A stretch of DNA of 62,621 bases, the filler included, from Choristocarpus tenellus KU-1152 (lineage: Eukaryota > Protista > Phaeophyceae): the NCBI GenBank assembly GCA_964200185.2. It is 11 parts of 11 records of this genome, joined end to end, with 100 filler letters (N's around TTAATTAATTAA, not from the genome) between each part and the next. Parts side by side here need not be neighbours in the genome. Positions count along the whole stretch, not along the records: positions 19,450 to 22,280 come from CAXNAD020024359.1; positions 22,381 to 25,451 come from CAXNAD020022526.1; positions 25,552 to 31,688 come from CAXNAD020008858.1; positions 31,789 to 40,423 come from CAXNAD020004508.1; 7 more parts are not named here. One strand, written 5' to 3'. Shown here piece by piece: positions 22,091 to 34,333 of the stretch (the first letter of the stretch is position 1; the number at the start of each line of letters is the position of its first letter). Under the pieces are notes generated by a model that did no database searches, was not told the origin of the DNA, and saw nothing but the letters and a program-made list of their open reading frames with translations. Both the position numbers and the translations under genes were made by a program.

Positions 22091-23864
22091 GGTCAGGCCA
22101 CAGCATGCACACTTACCACTGCCTGGTCAGTGCTGCCTTTCTCTTTGTCTCCTATCTCTTCTGGGTTTGAATATTTTTGCTTTCCTCTTCTCTCTATGTG
22201 GTATGTGACGACAAGTGTTTTTCAATGTAGCAGAAACTGCATTTTTTCCCCCCCTTTTGGGTCAAAGTATCTTGGGGGGGNNNNNNNNNNNNNNNNNNNN
22301 NNNNNNNNNNNNNNNNNNNNNNNNTTAATTAATTAANNNNNNNNNNNNNNNNNNNNNNNNNNNNNNNNNNNNNNNNNNNNGGGGGGCAATGCACTTGACC
22401 CCCCCCCCCACCCACCCGCCCCTGTCCTTCCTCCAATACAACTCAGAGCAAGCGGAAACCCACGTTAGAGAGGTATCTTCACAAACCTCCCATCAAAGCA
22501 AATTGGACCCGAGGCAATGTCAGCAACTCCAGTGGTAGAGTGTGACACAAGGGCAACTAACTCACAGGCACACCAGAGCAAGGGCCGACTGACTTCCTAG
22601 CTAAAATTAAAAAAAGAGCTCCTTCCAACCACGAGGTCGCAGGTGACACAGTATGACACATAACTTACTAACTTTACGTACTATACAATAATAAGGAGAC
22701 CTAAACAAGAAATACGATAATCAAAGCACCCTTCTGGCACATCACCACTACAAGGCCAAGAGAACCCGTCCGTGTGCATCTTACTCAAGAAAGACAGACC
22801 CAGTCACTGCAGTGGCACGACATGCAGTACTAGTACCTACCATTATATCATAAAATTTCGAGTTTGGGAAGAGGGTCCACTTCAGGCATGACAGGTGACT
22901 CTTAGACTCCGAGGGCTACAGTGGGCCTTGAGACAAAAGCAAGTGAACATACAGTGTGGTGAATTTCTGTTGGTCAGACCTTTGCTTATAATGGCCTTGA
23001 GCAAGTCACCTATACGCTTGAATTGTTCCAACTCACACTCCAAGACAGGTGGGTACATGCAAAACGATTCTTCGGTTCACTCAAATTTCATTTTCTTCTA
23101 CTGGCATGGGGTATTGGACCCAGGTAACGACGCATACTCACTTCCCAATGTCATGGTGACTGCCTTCAACATACAAGAGACAATATTTTTAAAGAAACAA
23201 AAACCAGCTCAAAAGCTGAACAAGACAACAACCAAATACAAGAGAGGGGACCACGATGATCACAGCTACAAAACCAAGCAAGGGGACATACATAAAATAA
23301 AGCACGCTATCACCCACAGTTACATGCTGCCATCATAGTTGACACCACAACATCCCGCCCTGCTGCGTACCATACAAACCAGCAAGTCTTTGGGTCGAAG
23401 CACACCAGTCCGTCACTATTGGCAGCCGAGGATCCTCTCATGGCGAGCAAGTAAGACAAACCAAAGTCCACCAAACCCGACACCATCATCACGAGAAGGT
23501 GCTTCAATGATTCACCAAAAACCAAGCTGGTCAATCACACCCCTTTTCTCACCCCCTTAACCCAAGAAATACACACACATAACCACAGAAACCTGCTACT
23601 CCCCCACCTCGCCACAAGAACATCTCTGCCCTAGTACAATACTACAGTACCAGTATTCAAATCGAACACGACCTTTGCATTCAAGTACCAGTCCCCGAAC
23701 AGTCTCAAAATATCCAGCCTTCTGTGGGACTGCGTGATGCCCCTCCCTCCTACCCCACCACCTAGACACGGCTCCGCAACCAACCCCCGTCGCTTCCTAT
23801 AGACGCACCTTCATTCCTCTCGAGACATTCCCCTCAGATAGAGCACCCATCCCAATACAACACC

Positions 23865-24350
23865 TCACGCCGCTCCTCGCCCACTTCCCCCTTTCCCCCG
23901 TCCACCTCTGTACCCCTTAACAGCCCTCTCTGACGCACTCGCTGATGGTGACGCCCACTTAAACTCATGGGTTGAGATACGGGTAGTCGTGACTGCATCG
24001 GCAGGCCTAGGGGCAGGGGCAGGGGGGGGCGGTCTCACAGCACTTGAGAGCTTAGGCATACTAGCTGGTCGCGGCCATCGGACTGCTCCTCCCGAAGTCG
24101 TTTTTTGCCTCTCAGGGGTCGATAGAGGGGCAGAAATGCTTGGCTGAGACCGTGAAGGGTGACCCATGGAGGATGGGGTCTTCCCCTCTAACTCTTCTGA
24201 CTTTCGTCTCTCCGTTAACTCCTGTCCCTTGGCAGGCGGTGAGGGGATTTTCCCACCTCCATGTTCCAAAGCGATGGCCTCGACCAACTGATCCCACTGC
24301 TCCGTCAGCGTCGCCCAAGGATTCCACAAGTTCTTTTCCGGATTGAACAC
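23865..24350 (-). CDS. Candidate exon of an unidentified protein (Pro/Ser-rich)
   Basis: GC-rich open frame after a good acceptor (TTTTCCCAAG|GTG), beginning VFNPEKNLWNPWATLTEQWDQLVEAIALE; no recognised domain. Confidence 0.45.
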   Translation of the reverse strand: MFNPEKNLWNPWATLTEQWDQLVEAIALEHGGGKIPSPPAKGQELTERRKSEELEGKTPSSMGHPSRSQPSISAPLSTPERQKTTSGGAVRWPRPASMPKLSSAVRPPPPAPAPRPADAVTTTRISTHEFKWASPSASASERAVKGYRGGRGKGGSGRGAA

Positions 24351-25360
24351 CTTGGGAAAAGAACAGAGATACATTTATTTATTTATTATTAAAAATAAAA
24401 GTGAAAAAAAAAGTGTTTTATTGTGTCAGGAGTGCGTTCTGTAAGGTAAAGTGCGTGCGTGTGGGGGGGGGGGAGGTACAAGCAAACCAAACAATAAAAA
24501 GAATAACAATAACGAAATATCCTCTACCACCACACTCACAATACACAATACACAGGTACAAAAGAGGAAAAACAAAACAAAACACACACACATAACTCGT
24601 GTACAACCCCAAGACCATCGAATAACGGAATGAGAGAGGGGAGGCAGCAACCCCCGGAATCTCTTTCCGCTCCGCCTTCAAAGAACCGAAAAAAGTACGC
24701 AAGTCTATGCACACGGTTCACCGTTTACAGTTTTTGACAAAATCGGACCTTACAAAAGGAGACAGACACCGGACACCCAACTACACAGACACCGCACCAA
24801 GACCAAGTGGATCCTGTCCGCCGAAAAGAGTCGGTCCGTGACCACAGTACCCTTACCGGCTCTATTATAGTTCTTACGGGTCTGATGCGGACGGACTCTC
24901 TCACCCCCCCCCAAAAAAATGGGATCGGGTTGGGTCAACGGTTTCAATAATTTATACTATACATCGTTGTACTACTCTGAAGCACGCAAAATCTAACACC
25001 ACCCACAGAGGTAGCCGAACAATTTTGCCCAACTCCAACGTATCGCCATTTCATCAGAGCCCTCTCCTCTTGTCTCACGCGTCTGCTCACCACATAACAT
25101 CTCGTGCGTTTTTTTTCACATCACAGGTACCGACTCTCGGCCTCCCGCGCTAACTAACCCCTAATCATACGCATCTCACACCGGGGTCTTAACTCCCTCT
25201 CACCTAACCCTTGAAACACCTTATCTTCAGTCCCTTACATCCGCTTGCCACCTTGAGCCTTAGCGCTCTAGTCATACTATCCCGCAATTGTCCCGAAATA
25301 CTGCTATAGAACATAGCAGGTTAATAAGTGCGCCCTCATAGCAGCAGTGAATTCGCTATT

Positions 25361-25451
25361 GGCTCAAAGTATCTGGGGGGGGGGGTGGGGGGGGTCTACA
25401 CCAGGGTGCTCATTCGGGCCCTGACCAGGAAAAGTGCACTTAAACTATCCA
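25361..25451 (+). mobile_element. MITE family A, left half at contig break
   Basis: GGCTCAAAGTATCTGGGG...TCTACACCAGGGTG; further stubs at 22259-22280, ~40560-40592 and 59838-59857. Confidence 0.8.
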
Positions 25452-26021
25452 NNNNNNNNNNNNNNNNNNNNNNNNNNNNNNNNNNNNNNNNNNNNTTAAT
25501 TAATTAANNNNNNNNNNNNNNNNNNNNNNNNNNNNNNNNNNNNNNNNNNNNTCCCCTTCTTTGCCCGGGCCCTCATTTTCCCCCCCCCCCCCCCCCCCTA
25601 TTAAAAAAAAGAAAAAGACCTAGTCCAGAACGAGGCGAGGGAGCTCGTTTCCTCTGTGATGTACTGTGTCTGGACAAAGGTTCTGTCGTCTCGTGTGCCA
25701 AGAGAGAGATGGGGTGGAGGGAGGGGGCAGGGGGGAGGGGGGTGATTGTTTTGTGTGATGGGTACATTGTCTGAGGCTTTTGTTGTCTAAGGATGGTTTG
25801 GTTGCAGGCAAGAGGCTTGCAGTGGGTAGGTCCTTGTTGCGAAGAAGATTTGGAATTTGCTTTTTTTGTGAAGATTTGGAACAGATTGTGAATGGATTTG
25901 CTTTTTTTGTCTACCAATTTATTTATTTTTCCTCTGCTGGCTGTACGCCATCCTAGTATTTTTTTGTTGATCTTGTTGATCTTCTAAAATTTTAATTCTC
26001 TTTTGTTGATTCGTTGCAGGC

Positions 26022-26052
<31 letters not shown>

Positions 26053-26129
26053 TTTTTTTTTTTTTTTTTTTTTATTTTTATTTTTTTTTTTTTTTTTTTT
26101 TTTTTTGTTTTTTTTTTTGTTGGGGTGGT

Positions 26130-26162
<33 letters not shown>

Positions 26163-26286
26163 GGGTTGGGCGTTATTTTTTCCATTTTTTATTAAATTTT
26201 TTTTCTGTTTTTTTTCTGTTTTGTGTTTGGTTTTTAATTTATTGTATTTAGTTTGCTGTGTCCATTTTCTTTTTATTTGTGGACAG

Positions 26287-29200
26287 GGAGAGGAAGGAAA
26301 GAAGATTCAGGAGCTGCTCTTCGACGAGCTTTGGAAAGAGACGATCAGACAGATGCGGTCTATGGAGGTCAGTGATACCCACGATTGATTTTAAATGTTT
26401 ACATTCTTATTTTTTAAAACATGTACATACATACATATTTTCCAATATTTTTTGTCACCCGTAATCAAACTAAATCCCTAGGAAGTCCTAGCAAGGTTAT
26501 ATGATGACCTGCCAACACGTGTCCCTTTTGAAAGAGCCACTTGTGTTTCTATTTGCTCGTATGTATGTTTGTATGTATGAATGTATGTATATATTTGAAT
26601 ATATTTATGTGTACATTTATCTCTATGTATGTGAGTGAAAGTATCTTAGGGTTAGGGTTAGGGTACGAGTTTTTCCCTGTTTGTCCGTTTGGTGCTTGAT
26701 TTCCCACATTTTTTTATGCCATTTTACTACTCTGAAATGTTTTGGAGTAGGTAAAATGTATGTGTTATGAAAAGGTGTGTTTTGAAGAAGGATATTGACA
26801 CTTCCTAACAAACACGATAGCCAAAATTATATCAAAATCGCAACATTGGATTTTGGCCCCCAAACGGATGCGGTTCTACCCTCTAACAAATTTTGACTCT
26901 GTATGTATGTATGTGTGTATGTATGTATATATGTATTATATATGTTGGGTTTAGGTGATTTTAATGGTCCTGAAAATACGACATCTCTGCTGCCGTTGTA
27001 ATGATGTGATGTGATTAATGTTATGATGCGATTATTGTTGTGATATGATTAATGTTATGATGTGATCAATGTTGTGATGTGATTAATGTTATGATGTGAT
27101 TATTGTTGTGATGAGATTAATGTTGTGATGTGATCAATGCCGGTTAGGTGTCTGAGATGACCATGAACAAGTACCTCAAGCAGACTCAGCAACACACCTT
27201 TGGGATTCTTGTTCAGGTATGGTTTCAGACCTTTTGGATTTATTGTTTATATCCCTTCCAAGTACTGATTTTTTTTTTAGTGGTTAGGTAATGCTGAGGC
27301 TGTTTTTTTTGTATGAAAAAAAATAAACTTTGTTTCTCACTGGTGGTTGTATGTGAGATTGATGGCAAGAAAATAGTATCACATTTTTTATATTTATTGT
27401 TGCTGTTATTGTGTGAATGGAGTGTCCTTTCAATAAAAAAATATATTGAGGACGTTGTGAATAGTAATGGTGTAACGTTGCCAAGTGGTACAAAATTGGA
27501 TTTTTTTTATGGTAACAAAATGGAGGCTCTTGGAAGCACTTTTTAATGTTTGTCTGTGTATTTACGATATTTGAATGGATATTTACATGATGCAGTGTGT
27601 TACATAAATTTGAATGCGGTTGATGCAATACACATCACTATGTATGTATGTAAATAATGCACTCGATGCGTGTGTTTTGTTCCCTTGGTTTTTTGTTGTG
27701 GAATTATTGTGTGCTCTGGAGTGCTCTAGAGCACTTCATGGCAATCGTGTCCTTCTGTTGTTGTCGTCCGGCATTCCGATTAAACGCACTTTTGTTTCTT
27801 TTATTTAAAATTATTTAAATTCTCCCTGTTTTTGAAAAACATACTTATTTTTTCATCTTTGTGTGTGACCGTGTTCCAAACTAACCCTAACCCTGACCTT
27901 CACGAGCTTTTTTGTGTATCTGCTTCTTGCATATGACCTATAATTATTCTCTTTTATTTTATTTTATTTTATTTTTTTATTTTGTAGACTTTTTGTTGCT
28001 GTCCAGATCTCTCTCTCTCTCTCTCTCTTGTTGTGTGTTTTATGCCCTGACCCCTACATAACCTCACCTCCACTTTTTTATTTGTAACTTTGGTTAAACA
28101 AAACTGGCTCCATCTATCTAAACACCAAAATCTGACATGTTTTGTTTTTTTTAAGGTACTCCTTGGTATGTATGATGTGTAATGAATATATTTGTAGGAC
28201 TAAAACGCCTTCTTTTTTTTAGTAGATGGTTGTAACTGTTATCTATTATTGGTCGCATCAGCCGTGGAAATAAGAAAAAACATCACAGAAACCAAATAAC
28301 ATAAAATGTAAATATGTTTTGAAGAAAAAGCTCTACCCAACAACTACACCACCAGGTGATAATAAATAATAAATAAAGTACAAGGTAAATCGCTACATGC
28401 ACTTAACCTGCCTGACTGACTGACTGACTGACTAACTGCCTATGTGCCTGCTTGACTATCCTGGGCACTGTTATTCTGTAGTCTAAGCCCTAAGCCCTAA
28501 CCCTAACCCTAACCTTGATTGCAATGTTAGTCCGTTTTTTGTCCTCATGTGTTCTGCGTGTGTGTCATCCCTCAATTGTGTTGGTTGTCTTTTCCTTACT
28601 CACCACCCTCTCTCTATATCTATCTATCTATCTCTGTTTGTTTATCATACATCATAAGTATGATCATGCGTATACCCTGGAGGATGAGGAGGAGATGCTG
28701 GACTCGCTGGCTGGTGCATTGTGGAGAGGGGTTTTCATGCGTAGCTCTGATGGCGTTACTGAGGAGCATGTCAGGACCCTGGCCAAATATGTGCAATCTG
28801 AACATGAAGACATGATGAATGCCCCTCAGGTGCAGAGATGGAAATGATTATGGAAGGCAGCGGGTGGGGAGGTTAGGAGTGGGGCGTTTGTTAAAAACTA
28901 AATTGGTATGTTTTCTCCGAGTGTGATAAGAATGTTTTGGAATATTTTGAGGAGAATTTATTTTTTATGTAGTGCACTTCCTGCATATTTTTTTTCATGA
29001 TGTACTCTTTCCCCCCCCCCAAAAAAAAAAAAGAAAAAAGCAGAAGCAAAACGTGACATAAATAAGATTATATTTTTTATAGGCAAGGGATAAATTTATT
29101 GTGTTGGACTGTTATGAAGGATGTGTGTAATGGTGGTGTGAAACTGTGTAAAAAAGGTGTACTCTATTTTTTGAAGTGGAAAGGTCCTTCAGAAGATTTT

Positions 29201-31454
29201 ATTTACTTTTGTATAAGAAGAATGTAAGAACATGAATTTTTTTTTTCAAGATAGATTTGTATTATGATTTGCAGTACGTGCAGCAAGGATGCAGATTGTC
29301 CTGTTTTCACCGGGTGTAGTCGGACAGAATCTTCTATTGAATCTTCTATTGAATCTGCTATTGAATCTTCTATTCTCCATGATCTTTGTTCTCAATCCAG
29401 TACGTTTTTCATTCATCATGGTGTTTGCAGTAACAGATACAAACAACTATTATATCGCAGTACCTATACATGTATTACATTTTTTATTTTATTTTTAACA
29501 CGTGCGTCTGTAAGGACCAGAAAAAAACGGAGATCTGACCTGATCCTGAAAAGTAAAAAGAGAAATTTGTATGTGTTTTTTAAAAAGTGAACTGTACCTC
29601 TCATCCCTGCCCCATGACCACTACTCAATCCGGTGAAAACCCTCGAAATAAATAAATTTATACTATATATTTATATCTATTATTATTATTTTTTGAAATA
29701 TTTTGTTTTTGTTCTGCGTGATGAGATCTGTTCAATGCTTACTGTGTTTCTTGGTGGGAGTGAGAGGATGGGTTTTGCACAATCATTGCAAAGCGTATTT
29801 GATGTTTTGTATGTTTTTCTTCATGGGTATATGTAGTGGTTTTATTTTATTTTATTTTATTTTTGGCATAGTTAGGGTTAGGGTACTACTATGTGAGGAG
29901 TATTCTTTTTGTTTTTACTATTTATTTTTATTATTTATATATATATGTGCGTATGTATTATAGTTGGAATGATCTGTAAGAAACAGAATAATCTGTAAGA
30001 TACGGAATGATCTGTAAGAAACGGAATAATCTGTAAGATACGGAATGATCTGTAAGAAACAGAATAATCTGTAAGATACGGAATGATCTGTAAGAAACGG
30101 AATAATCTGTAAGATACGGAATGATCTGTAAGATACGGAATGATCTGTATGAAACGGAATGATCTGTATGAAACGGAATGATCTGTAAGATATGGAATGA
30201 TCTGTAAGATACGGAATGATAGTATGTCACTGTTCTTCGTTTTGACAGTGCACTGGTCCAGTCTAATACTGCTGTTTACTTCCATTGTTATTATTATTTA
30301 TTTATTTTATTATATTATTGATAGTATTTTAATTTGTATGTTGTTATTGTTACCATTGATAATATTTTTATTGTCAGTACCGTTGCCAGTACCGTTAGTA
30401 TGATATTTTTTATTATTGCTGTTGGTATCATTGGTGATGATATTTTGTTAGTATTGCCATTACTATTACCATTGCCATTATTTTGATATTGTTATCATGA
30501 TTACAATATATATATATTATATTTTTTTATTAGTATTTTTTGTACTATTACTGTTATTTTTTAAGTGGAAACAGATCTTTATTGGTCAGCTGAAGCGATT
30601 CTTTTTGACAGGTGTTTACGTTTATTCTAATTTTCTTACATGGCTGACTCATGTGCACCCCAGAAAATTCTAAATCTCACTGATATGTCATTAATTTGGG
30701 TTAGGGTCTCACATGTGCTGTAGTTTCTGTGACGCACATAAGCATTTCCTGACTCAAATACCTACCTTTGAATACATAACTTTGAATAACACTTTTTTTG
30801 TCTCTAAAGTTCTCTTTTAGTTGTTAGGGTTAAGGTTAGGGTTAAGGTGATTGAAGTGGCTACTACCACTGATTCTACCCTTTTTTTTACAATCAAGAGA
30901 GTGTTTCATGAGTGATTCTGGTAATTGACTCAAAAAGGATTCCATTTTAAGTATGTCTCGATTCTATCAAAGTAGGAATGCAGTGCATGAGTCGAGGCCT
31001 GGGGAATGATAATGATACTACTACTAATAATAATAATATTTTTATTGGTGTTTTTTTCTTAATACTACTGCCAAGGAGAAAGTAGAACGTGTATGTTTCA
31101 GATCATAACACGCAATATTCTCTACAACTCCTAATCTTCACACACACATTCTCTCTCATTTACCCTTTTGATGTCATTTTTTTTTTTTAATCTCAGGATA
31201 AATTTCTTGATGCGTGTATAGAATTTGCGCCCCCACCTCGGTGGGGAGAGATGCCAGCCCAAGCATTGGAAACCCAAAAACAAAAGGGGGGAAAGCAGAA
31301 ACCTGCTCCAAGAGTGAGAGGACTTGAAATGGATGGAGTTGCAACAAAGGAGGCGGTGCTAACGGAGGCTCCAGTGGCTACAGAGAACATGCTCTGTGGT
31401 GGGGGAGAGGTGGAAGGAGGAAGGTGGCGTGCATGTTTGGCAGAGAGTGGGAAG
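26287..31454 (+). CDS. CBP3: Ubiquinol-cytochrome c chaperone (CBP3/UQCC1 family), internal exons 26287-26367, 27148-27216, 28659-28829, 31197-31454
   Basis: GEEGKKIQELLFDELWKETIRQMRSME|VSEMTMNKYLKQTQQHTFGILVQ|YDHAYTL...LAGALWRGVF...HVRTLAKYVQSE; all introns are phase-0 GT-AG; matches the CBP3 YD...LAxALWRN motif. Both ends lie outside the contig. Confidence 0.82.
26633..26899 (+). mobile_element. MITE family B, full copy (intronic)
   Basis: GAGTGAAAGTATC...TTTTGACTC; TSD TGT/TGT. Confidence 0.85.
26998..27139. repeat. 17-bp minisatellite (ATGTGATTAATGTTATG-like)
   Basis: About 8 degenerate tandem units ending just before the splice acceptor at 27147. Confidence 0.85.
29965..30220. repeat. 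Minisatellite (GGAATGATCTGTAAGATAC-like, ~19-bp unit)
   Basis: About 13 head-to-tail units with no spacers; intronic. Confidence 0.92.
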
Positions 31455-34058
31455 GTATGTTGGTACATATTTTACTATTATCATTGTTATTATTATTGTT
31501 ATCATTATCACTACTATGCAATCAAGTTTTGGTTGTGTGTTTGATACTGTTGTTGTTGTACTTGGTGTCTATTTTTTTGTTTTTTTAATACTCTTGTTTG
31601 ATGACTCTTTGTGCACTATTTTACAACTTAGTGCCTTAAACAAAAACCTAGTTCAATGTAAAACCCTATTCTATTCTCCTCCCCCCCCNNNNNNNNNNNN
31701 NNNNNNNNNNNNNNNNNNNNNNNNNNNNNNNNTTAATTAATTAANNNNNNNNNNNNNNNNNNNNNNNNNNNNNNNNNNNNNNNNNNNNTTTTTCATTTTT
31801 TAAAAAAATCTTATTTTTTTTTGGTTCTTCAGCTAAATATCAACCGATGGTTTTTTGCCCCCCCCCCCCCCCCCCTGTCTATCTAGCCCAACTAGGTTTG
31901 ACTTTTTCTTTCAGTTTTGATACCTATTCATTCACAACTGCCCTCGACCCATCAGAACTGTCCTTAAAGATCAACTACTCTTTTCCACAGCAGATTAGGG
32001 TCCACCATACGCAGAGATTGCAATCCACAATCAGTAGATATTGGCAGCATGATGTCAGTATGGAAGGGTAAGATAGAATCTTGACCAAGTCAATGACAGA
32101 TGGTGAATATTTGTGTGACATTTAAGGTCTGCCTTTGTACTCTCCCACTATGCGTAAGTATGACAGTTCAGGCTACTACCATTCCACTGCCAAGAAGCAG
32201 GAATTGACTCTTCTGTGACACACGACTGACGGACAAAATTATCATTTTTGTCCTTGTCCGGAGGTTGGGTGAACTGACTTGCCTAAGGAATTGCCCTTTT
32301 TAATCTCTGGTACTGATCACGGTGTTGATAGCGATGAGTTGGACTATCCTCTGGATATATAACAGCACAATGCTAGAGATGGAACAAATTGATGGAGTGG
32401 GGTTGCTTCGTATCATATTTGGTATGTACCTTACATCCTCAATTTGGTAGGCGAATGCCGAACAGGGACTGGCCTTCCTAGATGTTACATGCTTTCACAA
32501 GTCTTGTTTGTAAGTACAGCATGTAGTGTGAGCTGTGCCTCCGCCACAGCACGATAAGGACCCTTGGGGAGTAAGTACTTTTGGAAGTACCATGGATGAG
32601 TACTTCTTCAGTGCATCGAGTAAGTGCTCTGGACTAGGTTGATTATGATGATCAAAACCTCTGTGGGCGATGTTTGTGTGGACTTCAATATCAGCCAGTT
32701 TATGTTTGTGATACACTACCTTTTCCACTCTCCTCTGAATTGCGCTTGCACACACATGAAAGGTGCTTGGACATTGCTGAAGGAGCATAGAGAAAATTTA
32801 CCTTTGCGAATAGTAGCTTGCCAGGGGGAGAGATAAAGACTAAAATGCTGTTGGAGGGTACAGTGCTGCTTGAGGACATATTTCTTGAATTATAGTCTTG
32901 GTCTGGGATTGTAAACGCGAGGCACAGTTATACAAACCTAACTGTGTGTTTTCTGCTTTGCTCTGTACAACAATAGAGGGTCATCATCACACAGTCGTAA
33001 CTATTGAAAGAACAAGAACTGCTCCTCAGGTCATCATGGACTATGATTACATTATTTTCTGGAATATTATGTTCCTAATACATGGTAGTCGCTCACAGTC
33101 CAAGTAACTATCGAACTTTGTTCTCAAACATGATATACATGAACCTGCTGTTTTAGATCTCTCCTGCATATATGTATATATATAATTTGAGCTGTGAGGT
33201 CAGCAGTTTGACTTCCATTAGCTTCTGGGAAGCACTGGAGGGGGGATTCTTACCTGTGCTGCCAAGACTTCAGTATCTTGATCGGAATGATTTTCAAGTA
33301 GTACTACCTGCAATTTGTCAAGTTTCACTTGTGTGTATGCGTGTATTTGTTCTGGTTTGCTAGCCCCATTCCTGCAGCTCCTCATTTCCTTTTCATCAAA
33401 GCATGACCCTCCTCTGTACCCCTTCCATGCCTTATCGTTGCTTCTTGACCCAAACAATTCCTAAAATTAAATGCAAGCATTTTTTGTTGGAACTATTTCT
33501 GATCAGTCTTACCCTACAACTCCCGTGGTTTTGACCTCGTAGAGTTCCTGTCATGGTGCACACTGGAACATCATAATACAGGCATGCCCTTTGATTTAAG
33601 CACAATCCTTTGTATTCTCATTGTCAAACACTCACCCATATCCCCAAAGAGATGGCCTGAAAGCAGGTACCTGTCCCCTCACTGCCACCTCTCACTCATT
33701 CCCAACTACACTCTCAAGTCTACTACTGCCTGAAGAAACAAGTGTAGTAAAACAGTCTTGTATTCCTCCCTCTAATTCAAACTGCACTGATTTCACAGTA
33801 AATGCGCCTTTTCTTCAGGAGCTCTGCCCACCCCCTGCCTCCTGAACTTGTTCCGCTATTAATAAGCAAGTTATGCTGCCTGTCCATCTAGGAATTTGAC
33901 ATGTGTATTTTGGTGGACCAACCAAAGGCAATTAATATCACAACTGTCACTTCTCCCTACTCACCTCCTTTCAATCACACCATCACACTGAAGTTAACAT
34001 CTACACAAAGACTAAAACACACGAACACGAACACACAACACACTATCCAAAAGAGAAA

Positions 34059-34201
34059 ACTTCTGTAGACGTAATCTGATAGACCTCTTCGCATATTACC
34101 GTCGGCCATGGTCCCTCAAAACACAAACTTCAACTTCTGTAGACGTAATCTGATAGACCTCTTCGCATATTACCGTCGGCCATGGTCCCTCAAAACACAA
34201 A
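34059..34201. repeat. Near-perfect tandem duplication (~74-bp period)
   Basis: ACTTCTGTAGACGTAATCTGATAGACCTCTTCGCATATTACCGTCGGCCATGGTCCCTCAAAACACAAA occurs twice. Confidence 0.9.
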
Positions 34202-34333
34202 AAAATACACCAAGAGGAAAATGTCCAATCCCAGCAACACCACCAAGATATGTTTTTGCCCAACACAAACAACTCCAAGCATTGTATTTATTGTGTTGGT
34301 TGGTGTAGCCCTGTCCAGTACAGTATTCTCCTG

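Noticed and set aside
26020-26165. Poly-G/poly-T block, other long G runs (13927, 40524, 54117) and the ORFs they generate
   Set aside because: Low-complexity sequence, often at contig ends and possibly sequencing or assembly artefact; no support for coding or G-quadruplex function.
29965-30220. CRISPR-like appearance of a short repeat
   Set aside because: Units are head-to-tail with no unique spacers, lie in a eukaryotic intron, and no cas genes are present.
32495-32788. 97-aa minus-strand ORF downstream of the ANTH gene
   Set aside because: No recognisable motif and no convincing linkage to other exons.
34059-34201. Possible hammerhead ribozyme in the tandem duplication (CTGATAGA)
   Set aside because: Does not match the CUGANGA...GAAA core with supporting stems.
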